In this document: positions 19,195-27,498 of the stretch, in pieces
How the letters are laid out: each line of letters opens with the position of its first letter
Numbering within the stretch: position 1 is the first letter of the stretch
From: Pseudodesulfovibrio mercurii
GTDB lineage: Bacteria > Desulfobacterota > Desulfovibrionia > Desulfovibrionales > Desulfovibrionaceae
Assembly (NCBI RefSeq): GCF_000189295.2
Contig: NC_016803.1
Location: 3,090,001 to 3,122,000, forward strand
Direction of reading: 5' to 3'
Length of the DNA: 32,000 bases
Program-made: the position numbers and the translations under genes
Notes under the pieces: generated by a model
The model's input: the letters and a program-made list of their open reading frames with translations, nothing else
Databases searched by the model: none
What the model was told of the DNA's origin: nothing

Positions 19195-19588
19195 GGCGGG
19201 CCTCCAGGCGGAAGAACAGGTCCACGGTCAGCGCCGTGACGTTCATGACCGCCACGGTGCCCAGGAGGATGACCGCCAGGAGCTTCAGGCCGAGCAGGCC
19301 GAAGAACTCCGGGTGGGCCATGACCGCGGGCACGGCCGGGATGAAGAAGAGCAGCATCTCGCCCAGGTACCAGTCGGACCCCCGGCGCAGGCTGCGCGGG
19401 CTGACCCTCCGGCTGGAGAGCAGCGTGAAGACGATGAGCAGGCCGATGATGCCCGACGGAACCGGGACGTGCGTGGCCCGGACGAACCCCTCGCTGGCCA
19501 GCCAGACGAGAAAGAGCAGGCCGGCCTGGGCCAGGCTGCTGTTGTGGAATTTCCTCCGCAGGGGGATGGCTATGGCGCGTGTTGTCAT
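19178..19588 (-). CDS. lrgA: LrgA/CidA holin-like family membrane protein, 136 aa
   Basis: GAGG SD. Four TM segments. Motif PVPSGIIGLLIVF typical of LrgA. Paired with lrgB. Confidence 0.8.
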   Translation of the reverse strand: MTTRAIAIPLRRKFHNSSLAQAGLLFLVWLASEGFVRATHVPVPSGIIGLLIVFTLLSSRRVSPRSLRRGSDWYLGEMLLFFIPAVPAVMAHPEFFGLLGLKLLAVILLGTVAVMNVTALTVDLFFRLEARRERRG

Positions 19589-19656
19589 GATTACCTCGTG
19601 CCGGGAACATAGGTCGGCCCATTCGATGAAGCAAATGACTTGTGTAACTTGAAACT

Positions 19657-19671
19657 ATTCCATATTGGAAT
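19657..19671. promoter_or_regulatory. Perfect 15-bp palindrome ATTCCA-TAT-TGGAAT (LysR-type T-N11-A box)
   Basis: Read directly. It sits in the 87-bp divergent lrgA/lysR gap and ends 4 nt before the LysR ATG. Confidence 0.45.
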
Positions 19672-19675
19672 GGGT

Positions 19676-20566
19676 ATGGAGTTCAGAAAAATAGAGATGT
19701 TCGTGGAAGTGGTCCGGCAGCAGGGGTTTTCCCGAGCCGCCAAGGTCCTGTTCAGCACCCAGTCCACCATCAGCAAGGCCGTGCGCCAGCTGGAGAACGA
19801 ACTGGACGCGCCGCTGCTCGACCGGGGTGCGCCCGGCATCGTGCCGACCCCGTCGGGCGAGGTGGTCTACCGCCGGGGGTTGCGCCTGCTGGCCGAGCGG
19901 GGCGACATGGAGCGCGAGCTGGAGGAGCTTCAGGGGCTGGCCAAGGGCACGCTGGTCCTGGGGTTGCCGCAGATCGGGGCGGCCACCCTGTTCGCCCCGG
20001 TGTTCGCGGAATACCGCAAGCGTTTTCCGGGCATCGACATCCGGCTGATGGAGCACGGCAGCGACGAGCTGGAGGAGCTGCTGCGGGCCGGTCGCGTGGA
20101 GCTGGCCGCGTCCCTCTTGCCCGTGTCCGAGGAGTTCGAGTGGCTGCCGGTCCGGCGTGAGCCCCTGGTGGCCCTGCTTTCCCCGGACTATCCCCAGGCC
20201 GCGCGGAAATCCATCCGCCTCGACGCCCTGCGCGAGGTGCCGTTCATCCTGTTCGAGGACGGCTTCGCCCTGAACCGGATCATCCTGACGGCCTGCCGCC
20301 GGTCCGGGTTCGAGCCCGCGGTCATCGCCAAGAGCAGCCAGATCGACTTCATCTGCAAGCTGGCCGGGGCCGGACTGGGGGCGGCCTTCCTGCCCCGGAT
20401 CGTGGCCGAGCGGCGGACCTCCGGCGCGGTCGGGATCATCGATGTCGAGGACCCGCACATGGTCTGGGACATGGCCGTGATCTGGCGGCGGGGCGCGTAC
20501 CGCTCGCGGGCGGCCCAGGCCTGGCTCGACGTGGTCCGCGATCTCTACGGCGGGCAGGCGGAGTGA
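19676..20566 (+). CDS. LysR family transcriptional regulator, 296 aa
   Basis: Canonical start MEFRKIEMFVEVVRQQGFSRAAKVLFSTQSTISKAVRQLE (the HTH). In-frame ATGs at 19640 and 19670 are less family-typical. Divergent from lrgAB. Confidence 0.85.
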   Translation: MEFRKIEMFVEVVRQQGFSRAAKVLFSTQSTISKAVRQLENELDAPLLDRGAPGIVPTPSGEVVYRRGLRLLAERGDMERELEELQGLAKGTLVLGLPQIGAATLFAPVFAEYRKRFPGIDIRLMEHGSDELEELLRAGRVELAASLLPVSEEFEWLPVRREPLVALLSPDYPQAARKSIRLDALREVPFILFEDGFALNRIILTACRRSGFEPAVIAKSSQIDFICKLAGAGLGAAFLPRIVAERRTSGAVGIIDVEDPHMVWDMAVIWRRGAYRSRAAQAWLDVVRDLYGGQAE

Positions 20567-20576
20567 GCCCGGCGAC

Positions 20577-20614
20577 GACAAAAGGGACCGGCCCCGTGGC
20601 CGGTCCCTTTTGTC
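20577..20614. terminator. Bidirectional terminator between lysR and aldA
   Basis: Perfect 16-bp arms gacaaaagggaccggc / gccggtcccttttgtc with a 6-nt loop. The A/T runs lie inside the arms. Confidence 0.85.
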
Positions 20615-20630
20615 GTAATGGAAGCGAGGG

Positions 20631-22067
20631 CTAGTACTGGATGTAGGCCACGTGGGTCTGGAGGTACTCGTACAGGCCATGTTTGCCGTCGGCCCCGCCG
20701 ATGCCGGACTTGCGCCAGCCCGCGTGGAAGCCCTGGATGGACTCGAAGTGCTCGCGGTTGACGTAGGTCTCGCCGAACTTCAGTTCGTTGATGGCCCGCA
20801 TCATCTTGGTCACGTTGTGGGTGAAGATGGAGGAGGTCAGGCCGTACTCGCAGTCGTTGGCCAGGTCGATGGCCTGGTCGAAGTCGTCCACCTTGACCAC
20901 GGGCAGGACCGGTCCGAAGATCTCCTTGCGCACGATCTCCATGTCCTGGGTGCAGCCCGCCAGCAGGGTGGGCTCGTAGAAGTAGCCCGAGGGCTGCCCC
21001 TCGGCGCGCTTGCCGCCCACCAGGACCTCCACGCCGTCGGCCTTGGCCGTGGAGACCATGTCCTCGATCTTGCCCAGCTGGGCCGCGTTGATCTGGCAGG
21101 CCATGTCGGGCGCGGGGTCGGCGAAGGGATCGCCGTAGGTCACGGCACCCATGGCCTTGGTCATGCGTTCCATGAACTCGTCGTAGACCGGGGCCTCCAC
21201 GTAGACGCGCTCGGCGCAGTTGCAGACCTGGCCCGAGAAGATGACGCGCGAGGCGACCGCGGCCTTGACGGTCAGGTCCATGTCGCAGTCGGCGCAGACG
21301 ATGACCGGGGCCTTGCCGCCCAGTTCGAGCGAGGTCTTGGTGATGTTTTGGGCGGTGGAGGTGATGATGTTCTGGCCGGTCTCCACGCTGCCGGTCAGGG
21401 TGACCAGGCCGACCTCGGGGCTGCGCACCAGGGCGTCGCCCAGGGTGGACCCGCCGCCGGACACGAAGTTGAGCACGCCCTTGGGAAGGCCGATGTCGGC
21501 GATGAGCCTGGCGAACTCGAAGGTGGTGTTCGGGGTGTCGCTGCTCGGCTTGAGGATGATGGTGCAGCCGGTCAGGATGGACGGGGCGACCTTGCGGGCC
21601 ATGACGAAGAACGGGAAGTTCCACGGGCAGATGCCGACCACCACGCCGATGGGCTGTCGGTAGAGCAGGATGTTCTCGGTGGGCCGGTCGCTCTGGATGA
21701 CCTCGCCCTCATACTTGTTGGACCAGCCCGCGTAGTAGTCGAAATAGGCGGCGGTGGCGTCGATCTCCACCTGGGCCAGCGGCAGGACCTTGGCCTGTTC
21801 CTCGGCCAGGGTGCGGGCGAGCATCTCGCGGTTGGCCCGGATGGCGGCGGCCATCCGGGCCAGGTACGGGGCGCGCGCCGAGCAGGGCGTGGCCGCCCAG
21901 GCCTTCTGGGCGGCGGAGGCGGCTTCCAGCGCCAGGGCGGCGTCCTGGGCATTGCCCTTGGGGGCCATGGCCACGACCTTTTCGGTGAAGGGGTTGATGA
22001 CCTCGAACTGCTCGCCGGAGACCGCGTCGCGGAATTCGCCGTTGATGTACTGCCGGTATGTTTTCAT
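20631..22067 (-). CDS. aldA: NAD-dependent aldehyde dehydrogenase, AldA (lactaldehyde/glycolaldehyde dehydrogenase)-like, 478 aa
   Basis: ATG at 22067 preceded by gggaggg. Colinear with remembered E. coli AldA along its length: ILPWNFPFF-like CPWNFPFF, LELGGKAP, SGQVCNCAERVYV, FGETYVNRE, GWRKSGIGGADGKHGL. Confidence 0.85.
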   Translation of the reverse strand: MKTYRQYINGEFRDAVSGEQFEVINPFTEKVVAMAPKGNAQDAALALEAASAAQKAWAATPCSARAPYLARMAAAIRANREMLARTLAEEQAKVLPLAQVEIDATAAYFDYYAGWSNKYEGEVIQSDRPTENILLYRQPIGVVVGICPWNFPFFVMARKVAPSILTGCTIILKPSSDTPNTTFEFARLIADIGLPKGVLNFVSGGGSTLGDALVRSPEVGLVTLTGSVETGQNIITSTAQNITKTSLELGGKAPVIVCADCDMDLTVKAAVASRVIFSGQVCNCAERVYVEAPVYDEFMERMTKAMGAVTYGDPFADPAPDMACQINAAQLGKIEDMVSTAKADGVEVLVGGKRAEGQPSGYFYEPTLLAGCTQDMEIVRKEIFGPVLPVVKVDDFDQAIDLANDCEYGLTSSIFTHNVTKMMRAINELKFGETYVNREHFESIQGFHAGWRKSGIGGADGKHGLYEYLQTHVAYIQY

Positions 22068-22185
22068 GAAACCCTCCCGGGTCCTGGATGGTTGGTCCGG
22101 CACCGGCGGTCCGTTGCCGGACCATGCCACCGCCGGGTGACAAACGGAGATGCCACACAACTTGACAGAAGGCGCGGTTCAAAAC

Positions 22186-22230
22186 AACCCCCTTCCGGAA
22201 AAATTGCGGGTTCTTTGCCGGAAGGGGGTT
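22186..22230 (-). terminator. Hairpin terminator after the Spy/CpxP-like gene
   Basis: 13-bp arms aacccccttccgg / ccggaagggggtt with a 19-nt loop. On the minus strand it is followed by gttttg. Confidence 0.55.
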
Positions 22231-22271
22231 GGAAGGGGCCGGAAGGGGGGCCGGAAGGGGCGCGGTCGAAG

Positions 22272-22769
22272 CTACTGCCGGGGCGGCCTGCCGCCGCCGG
22301 GGCCGCCCTCGGGCGGTTCGGGCCGGTCGCTGTTCCGCTTGGCGGCCATCTCGTCGCGCCACTTGGAGTAGGCGAGCATCTGGTCCTCGGTCAGAATCTT
22401 GGCCAGCTTCTTGTCGGTTTCCCAGTTCAGATCGTCCATCTTTTGCTGCACGGCCTTGCGGGCGTCGCTGTCCCCGGACCGGGCCTGGTCCATGAGCGAC
22501 TTCTCGCCTTCAAGCTGCTCCTGGATGATGGGAGTGACGGCCGCGACCTGCTCGTCGGTCAGGCCGAGCCGGGTTTTCATGTCGGCCACGCGCTGTTCGG
22601 CCGTGACCGGCCCGCCGGGTCCGCCCGGACCGCCGGGGCCACCGGATTCACCTTGGACGCCGGGTCCACCGGGTCCGCCGGAAGGCCCCTGCCCGCGCGT
22701 GTCCTGCGACGCGCAACCGGCGGCCAGAAGGAGCAGGGCCAGGACGGCCGGGACAAGATATCGTTTCAT
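22272..22769 (-). CDS. Spy/CpxP-family-like periplasmic lipoprotein with Gly-Pro linker, 165 aa
   Basis: ATG at 22769 (GAGG SD). Lipobox LLAAG/C. Two LTxxQ motifs (LTDEQ, LTEDQ). GGPGGPG repeats after the lipobox and at the C-terminus. Confidence 0.65.
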   Translation of the reverse strand: MKRYLVPAVLALLLLAAGCASQDTRGQGPSGGPGGPGVQGESGGPGGPGGPGGPVTAEQRVADMKTRLGLTDEQVAAVTPIIQEQLEGEKSLMDQARSGDSDARKAVQQKMDDLNWETDKKLAKILTEDQMLAYSKWRDEMAAKRNSDRPEPPEGGPGGGRPPRQ

Positions 22770-22914
22770 GACAACCTCGCAGGGTTTACGTTTCACCGCC
22801 GGACCGCCCCACAGGCGCGCCCGGCACTCCCCGGCATATAGTCTTCCCCCGGCAAAAGCACCATTCAGCCCATGTAAAAAAGTGTAAATGACTGTAGCTA
22901 GGCCCACGGTGCCC

Positions 22915-23160
22915 GGCCCGCGCGCCCCCCGCCCCGCTACCCGAATTGCACCCCCTTCCCAACGTCAGTCCCACGCAGCCACGTCCCGCCGCCCCCGCAG
23001 CCTCGTCCCGCAGGCCCACGCAGCCCCGTCCCGCCGCCCCGCTCGCACCCCGTCGCGCCATTCGGCCAGCGCGCCCCCCGTCCTGCCGTCCGGCACACGC
23101 AGACCCTCCTCCCGCCGTCCGGCCACGCCCCGTCCCGCCGTCGTCTCCGCGTCACAATGC
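22915..23160 (+). repeat. C-rich, G-poor tract with a recurring CGTCCCGCCG motif and a 26-nt direct repeat
   Basis: Motif or 1-3 mismatch variants start at 22982, 23004, 23027, 23051, 23079, 23108 and 23131 (spacing 22-29 nt). cccacgcagccNcgtcccgccgcccc occurs at 22970-22995 and 23015-23040 with one mismatch. Confidence 0.6.
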
Positions 23161-23162
23161 CA

Positions 23163-23192
23163 TTGACAGAGCCCGCACGGCTGCCCTATGAG
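23163..23192 (+). promoter_or_regulatory. Candidate sigma70 promoter of tRNA-Leu
   Basis: TTGACA (23163-23168), 18-nt spacer, TATGAG (23187-23192), about 15 nt before the mature tRNA 5' end. Confidence 0.4.
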
Positions 23193-23206
23193 ATAACCTC
23201 TCCCAC

Positions 23207-23293
23207 GCCAGGGTGGCGGAATTGGTAGACGCAGCGGACTCAAAATCCGCCGGTAGTGATACTGTGAGGGTTCGAGTCCCTCCCCTGGTACCA
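23207..23293 (+). tRNA. tRNA-Leu (anticodon CAA), CCA encoded
   Basis: Cloverleaf folded by hand. Acceptor gccaggg/ccctggt. D arm gcggaattggtagacgc. Anticodon stem gcgga/tccgc with loop ctCAAaa. Long variable arm. T arm gaggg-ttcgagt-ccctc. Discriminator a plus cca. Confidence 0.95.
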
Positions 23294-23300
23294 AGAATGA

Positions 23301-23340
23301 AAAAAGCGGCCCACGGTTATTTGCCGGGGGCCGCTTTTTT
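23301..23340. terminator. Bidirectional terminator shared by tRNA-Leu and pyrD
   Basis: aaaaa + gcggccc ... gggccgc + tttttt, lying between the convergent tRNA and pyrD. Confidence 0.8.
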
Positions 23341-23375
23341 GTGCGCCGGGGTAGTCCTTTCGTGTCGCGGCGCGG

Positions 23376-24278
23376 CTACTTCACCACGCCGATGAGGGTG
23401 TTGACGTCTTCGACGCCGGTGGTTTGCATGAAGGTGATGAGTTCGTCGAGGATGTCCATGGTGGCGGTGGGCTTGAAGAGGTTGGCCGTGCCCACGGCCA
23501 CGGCGGTGGCGCCGGCCATGAGGAATTCCGCCGCGTCTTCGCCGGTCATGATGCCGCCCATGCCGATGATCGGCAGGTGCACGGCCCGGGCCACCTGGTA
23601 GACCATGCGCACGGCCACGGGCTTTATGGCCGGGCCGGACAGGCCGCCCTGTTTGGTGGAGAGGACGAAGGCCCGGCGGTGGACGTCGATGCGCGCGCCG
23701 AGCAGGGTGTTGATCAGCGAGACGGCGTCCGCGCCGCCCGCCTCCACGGCCCTGGCGATGGCCGCGATATCGGTGACGTTGGGGCTCAGCTTGACGATCA
23801 GGGGCTGCCCGGCCACCGCCTTCACGGCCCGGGTCACGGCCTCGGCCATGGCCGGGTCCACGCCGAAGGCCACGCCGCCCTCCTTGACGTTGGGGCAGGA
23901 GATGTTCAGCTCCAGCAGGTCCACATCGGCCGAGGCCAGCCGCTCGGCCACCTCCACGTACTCGTCGATGGTCCGGCCCGCGATGTTGACCGCTATTTTC
24001 GTGTCGAAGCCGCGCAGGAAGGGGATGTCGTCCTGGCAGAAGGCGTCCACCCCGGGGTTCTGCAGACCCACCGCGTTGAGGATGCCGCCGTAGGCCTCGG
24101 CGATGCGGGGCGGCTGGTTGCCGGGCCAGGGGGTCTTGGCCACGCCCTTGACCACCACGCAGCCGATCCGGTTCAGGTCCACGTAGTCCACGAAATCCTT
24201 GCCGGAACCGAAGGTCCCGGAGGCGGTCATGATGGGATTCTTCAGCTCCACACCGGCGATGTTCACGCGCAGGTTCAT
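23376..24278 (-). CDS. pyrD: Dihydroorotate dehydrogenase class 1B catalytic subunit, 300 aa
   Basis: Starts MNLRVNIAGVELKNPIMTASGTFG. Active-site Cys block NISCPNVKEGG (class 1). ATGA overlap with pyrK. The track ORF to 25052 is a frame run-on. Confidence 0.9.
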   Translation of the reverse strand: MNLRVNIAGVELKNPIMTASGTFGSGKDFVDYVDLNRIGCVVVKGVAKTPWPGNQPPRIAEAYGGILNAVGLQNPGVDAFCQDDIPFLRGFDTKIAVNIAGRTIDEYVEVAERLASADVDLLELNISCPNVKEGGVAFGVDPAMAEAVTRAVKAVAGQPLIVKLSPNVTDIAAIARAVEAGGADAVSLINTLLGARIDVHRRAFVLSTKQGGLSGPAIKPVAVRMVYQVARAVHLPIIGMGGIMTGEDAAEFLMAGATAVAVGTANLFKPTATMDILDELITFMQTTGVEDVNTLIGVVK

Positions 24279-25054
24279 GAAAATATGACCTCCTCGGCGG
24301 CGAAGACGGGACCGTCCTTGCACACCTTGCGATAGGAAAAACCGGCCTCTCCGTCGTCCCGGATCTTGGTCACGCAGCCCACGCAGCAGCCGAAGCCGCA
24401 GCCCATGCGCTCCTCCAGGGAGAGGTAGGCGGGGAGCTCCCGCCGGGCCGCATAGGCCTGTACCGCCCGGAGCATGGGGGTCGGGCCGCAGGCGAAGATG
24501 GTCCCGGTGAGCCCCCGGTCCTCCACAATCTTCATGGCGTTGCCCCGTACCCCGACGGAGCCGTCGCGGGTGGCGACCAGGACCTCGCCGTACAGGGCAA
24601 GGCGCTCGATCAGATACGGATCGCTCCGGAAGCTGACCGCGACGACCTTGCGGCCGGGAAGCTGTTTGCACAGCTCCACCAGGGGGGGCGTGCCCACGCC
24701 GCCGCCGATGATCAGGTTGGTTTCGCCCGCCGCGCCCAGAGGAAAGCCGTTGCCCAGGGGGCCCATGACGTCGACCCGCTCGCCGGGCCGGTAGTCCGCG
24801 AACTCGCGGGTGCCCTTGCCCCGGCAGGCGTAGACCAGGTGCAGCCGCCCGTTGTCCCGGTCGATCTCGCAGATGGAGATGGGCCGGGGCAGGAGCTGGC
24901 CCTGGTGGCGGCAGTAGACGCTGACGAACTGTCCGGGGCGGGCGCTGGCGGCCATGGCCGGGCTCTCGAAGATCAGCTCCCGGACGCCTTCGGCGAGCGG
25001 CTCGTTGGAGAGGATGGTGCAGTGGGTCCGACCCGTTTTGCTCTCTTGGCACAT
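24275..25054 (-). CDS. pyrK: Dihydroorotate dehydrogenase electron-transfer subunit (FAD/[2Fe-2S]), 259 aa
   Basis: ATG at 25054 preceded by gaggggga. PGQFVSVY flavin-reductase motif. C-terminal cluster cysteines MGCGFGCCVGCV...VCKDGPVF. Confidence 0.88.
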   Translation of the reverse strand: MCQESKTGRTHCTILSNEPLAEGVRELIFESPAMAASARPGQFVSVYCRHQGQLLPRPISICEIDRDNGRLHLVYACRGKGTREFADYRPGERVDVMGPLGNGFPLGAAGETNLIIGGGVGTPPLVELCKQLPGRKVVAVSFRSDPYLIERLALYGEVLVATRDGSVGVRGNAMKIVEDRGLTGTIFACGPTPMLRAVQAYAARRELPAYLSLEERMGCGFGCCVGCVTKIRDDGEAGFSYRKVCKDGPVFAAEEVIFS

Positions 25055-25365
25055 GGCAAGTTCCCCCTCGCGGTTGGTTGCGGCGCGGTCCGTCCGGGAT
25101 GTCGGCGCTTCCGCCCGGCGGAATCGGCGAAAGGACCGTTCCGACGCCCCGCTGACGGGGCGACGGTCGGGCCCCGGAAAAGGGGCGCGGACGGGCTGTC
25201 GCGGATGGATGGTGCGCGGTCCGCGCATGGCGGCCGACGGCCCGGAGGCGGCGGCCCTGCGTCGGCGGAACGGTCTCGGAAACGGTCCCGCCGACCGGCG
25301 CTCCCTCCCGGCGCGGATGCGGGAGGGAGCGGCTTCGCGCCGAGTCGGCGCGGCAACGGGCCGGT

Positions 25366-25689
25366 CTATGCCCGTTTGCTCTCGATGATTCCGGCGGCGA
25401 TGCCGTTCATGGCCGCCACCCGTTTGTTCTCTTCCCCGGAGGCGAAGGCCTCGCCCAGCTCGGCGACGTAGGCGCTGAACCGCCGGTACTCCTCCTCGGC
25501 AACCTCGGTGGGCAACGGCTGCCCCTCGTACAGGTTGACGAACTGTTCGGCCGCGGCGGCCAGCAGGAGACAGGGGGCGGCGTTCACGGCGTCCTCCGCG
25601 CCCTGCTCCAGGGCCAGGGCGGCGCATTTCTGGAATCCGTGGATGCCGCAGCCTTCCGTATCGAGGACTTCGGTCAGGGAATCAAACAT
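25366..25689 (-). CDS. Hypothetical small acidic protein, 107 aa
   Basis: GGAG SD 6 nt before the ATG. Starts 16 nt after the pyrE stop. GC3-rich codons. No family recognised. Confidence 0.55.
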   Translation of the reverse strand: MFDSLTEVLDTEGCGIHGFQKCAALALEQGAEDAVNAAPCLLLAAAAEQFVNLYEGQPLPTEVAEEEYRRFSAYVAELGEAFASGEENKRVAAMNGIAAGIIESKRA

Positions 25690-25705
25690 CGTTCACTCCA
25701 AATCG

Positions 25706-26401
25706 TTACTTGGCGATTTCGGTCGATCCGCCGTGGTTGCCGGACCAGACCAGGGGTTCGTTCAGGAAGGCCTCGACCTCGCCCAGGGTCTTGGTGTCGA
25801 AGTAGTTGTTGTCCTTGCACACGGCCAGGACGTCCCACCAGGTGGCGAGCCAGTGGAGCCGCAGGTCGTGGTGCAGCAGGTTGTCGCGCGTCTCCTTGAA
25901 CATGTCGTAGTAGAAGACGACCATGGCGTCGGTCACCAGGGCGCCGGCCTTCCGGAGGGCCTCGCAGAATTTGATCTTGCTGCCGCCGTCCGTGGTCAGG
26001 TCCTCGACCAGGAGGACGCGCTGCCCTTCGGTGATGTCGCCCTCGATCTGGGCGTCACGGCCGAATCCCTTGGGTTTTTTGCGGACGTACTGCATGGGGA
26101 TGTTCATCTTGTCGGCGATCCAGGCCGCGAAGGGGATGCCCGCGGTCTCGCCGCCCGCCACGGCGTCGAACTGCTCGAATCCGACCTCGCGCAGGAGCAC
26201 GGAGACGCAGAAGTCCATCAGCGTGTTCCGGATGCGCGGGTAGGAGATCAGCTTGCGGCAGTCGATGTACACGGGGCTCGCCAGGCCGGACGTGAACATG
26301 TAGGGCTTGTCGGCCTGGAAGTGCACGGCCTTGATCTCAAGCAGCATCTTCGCCGTCATCTCGGCCATCAGTTCCCTGCTGGGAAAGGTGCTCGGAAACA
26401 T
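25706..26401 (-). CDS. pyrE: Orotate phosphoribosyltransferase (long form with C-terminal extension), 231 aa
   Basis: AAGGGAG SD. PRPP-binding motif [28 protein letters not shown] orotate-loop-like block. Confidence 0.8.
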   Translation of the reverse strand: MFPSTFPSRELMAEMTAKMLLEIKAVHFQADKPYMFTSGLASPVYIDCRKLISYPRIRNTLMDFCVSVLLREVGFEQFDAVAGGETAGIPFAAWIADKMNIPMQYVRKKPKGFGRDAQIEGDITEGQRVLLVEDLTTDGGSKIKFCEALRKAGALVTDAMVVFYYDMFKETRDNLLHHDLRLHWLATWWDVLAVCKDNNYFDTKTLGEVEAFLNEPLVWSGNHGGSTEIAK

Positions 26402-26421
26402 CTCTCAACTCCCTTTGGTGA

Positions 26422-27498
26422 TTAAAATGTTGAATCGTCCAGCCCGTCCCGGCCGACCACCCGCCAGTGCAGGGGAAAGCCCGGATCGAACACGGTCACC
26501 GGGCCGTCGGCGGTCATGATCCGGTCCGGGAAGGCGACCGCCTGTTCGCTCCTGCGGAGGGTGATCCGGGATGAGCTCGCCAGCAGGTTATAAAAGGCCG
26601 GGCCGCTCAGGGCAACAAACGTCTCAAGTTTCTCCAGGCTGGACTCTTCCTCGAAGACGGCCGCCACGCAGGCCAGGGCCGTGGGCGCGTTGAAGATGCC
26701 CGCGCTGCCCGCCGGACGCAGCTTGGCGGCGTCGGGGTGGGGCGCGGAATCCGAGCCGAAAAAGAAGCGGGGGTCGCCGGAGACGGCCGCCCGGCGCACG
26801 GCGCGGCGGTCCTCCGGACTCTTGGCCACGGGCAGGCAGTAGTAATGCGGGTGGATGCCGCCGGACAGGATGTGGCTGCGGGTCAGGACCAGGTGGTGCG
26901 GGGTGATGGTCGCGGCCAGGTTGCGCTCGGCCGAGAGGACATACTCGACCCCCCGGGCCGAGGTGACGTGCTCTATGACGATGCGCAGCTCGGGCAGACG
27001 GCGGCGGAGCGGGTCCAGGACCCGGTCGATGTAGGCCGCCTCGCGGTCGAAGACGTCCACGGCCGGGTCGGTCACTTCGCCGTGCACGGACAGGACCAGC
27101 CCGGTCTCGGCCATGCGCTCCAGGACCGGCATGACCCGGTCCATGTCCCGGACGCCGTTCTCGGAATTGGTGGTGGCCCCGGCCGGGAAGAGCTTCACGG
27201 CCTTGACGAAGCCCGAGGCCACGGCCCGGTCGATCTCCTCCGGGGCGGTGGCCTCGGTGAGATAGAGGGTCATCAGCGGCGTGAAATCGCAGCCCTCGGG
27301 CAGGGCGTCGAGCACCCGCCGGCGGTAGGCGTCCGCCAGGGCCACGGTGGTCGCGGGCGGGACCACGTTGGGCATGACGATGGCCCGGCCGAAGTCGCGC
27401 GCCGTCCATTCGGCCACGGCGCGGAGCATGTCCCCGTCGCGCAGGTGGGCGTGCCAGTCGTCCGGCCGCCGGATGGTCAGTTCCGTCACGGACATCAT
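26422..27498 (-). CDS. pyrC: Dihydroorotase, E. coli-type (class II, homodimeric), about 357-358 aa
   Basis: Colinear with remembered E. coli PyrC: IRRPDDWHAHLRDG, GRAIVMPN, KLFPAGATTNS, HGEV, ATITPHHL, YCLPVAK, GSDSAPH. The ATGATG start overlaps the amidase TGA (ATGA). Confidence 0.9.
   Translation of the reverse strand: MMSVTELTIRRPDDWHAHLRDGDMLRAVAEWTARDFGRAIVMPNVVPPATTVALADAYRRRVLDALPEGCDFTPLMTLYLTEATAPEEIDRAVASGFVKAVKLFPAGATTNSENGVRDMDRVMPVLERMAETGLVLSVHGEVTDPAVDVFDREAAYIDRVLDPLRRRLPELRIVIEHVTSARGVEYVLSAERNLAATITPHHLVLTRSHILSGGIHPHYYCLPVAKSPEDRRAVRRAAVSGDPRFFFGSDSAPHPDAAKLRPAGSAGIFNAPTALACVAAVFEEESSLEKLETFVALSGPAFYNLLASSSRITLRRSEQAVAFPDRIMTADGPVTVFDPGFPLHWRVVGRDGLDDSTF

Noticed and set aside
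22108-22156. Two TGGCAT elements upstream of aldA as possible sigma54 -24 boxes
   Set aside because: The spacing to the only GC/TTG-like -12 candidates is off by one (TGGCATggtccGGCA and TGGCATctccgtTTGT). No enhancer-binding protein gene is nearby. Too weak to call.
22590-22700. Short tandem ccgg/ggtcc repeats that look like a DNA repeat array
   Set aside because: They are the in-frame coding sequence of the GGPGGPGG linker of the Spy-like lipoprotein, not a CRISPR or VNTR-type array.
20652-22841. 729-aa plus-strand ORF
   Set aside because: Antisense to aldA and the Spy-like gene, spanning their intergenic terminator. A shadow ORF.
25055-25365. PyrR-type attenuator upstream of pyrKD
   Set aside because: I searched both strands by eye for the UCCAGAGAGG binding loop and found none. 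The hairpins also lack U-tracts.
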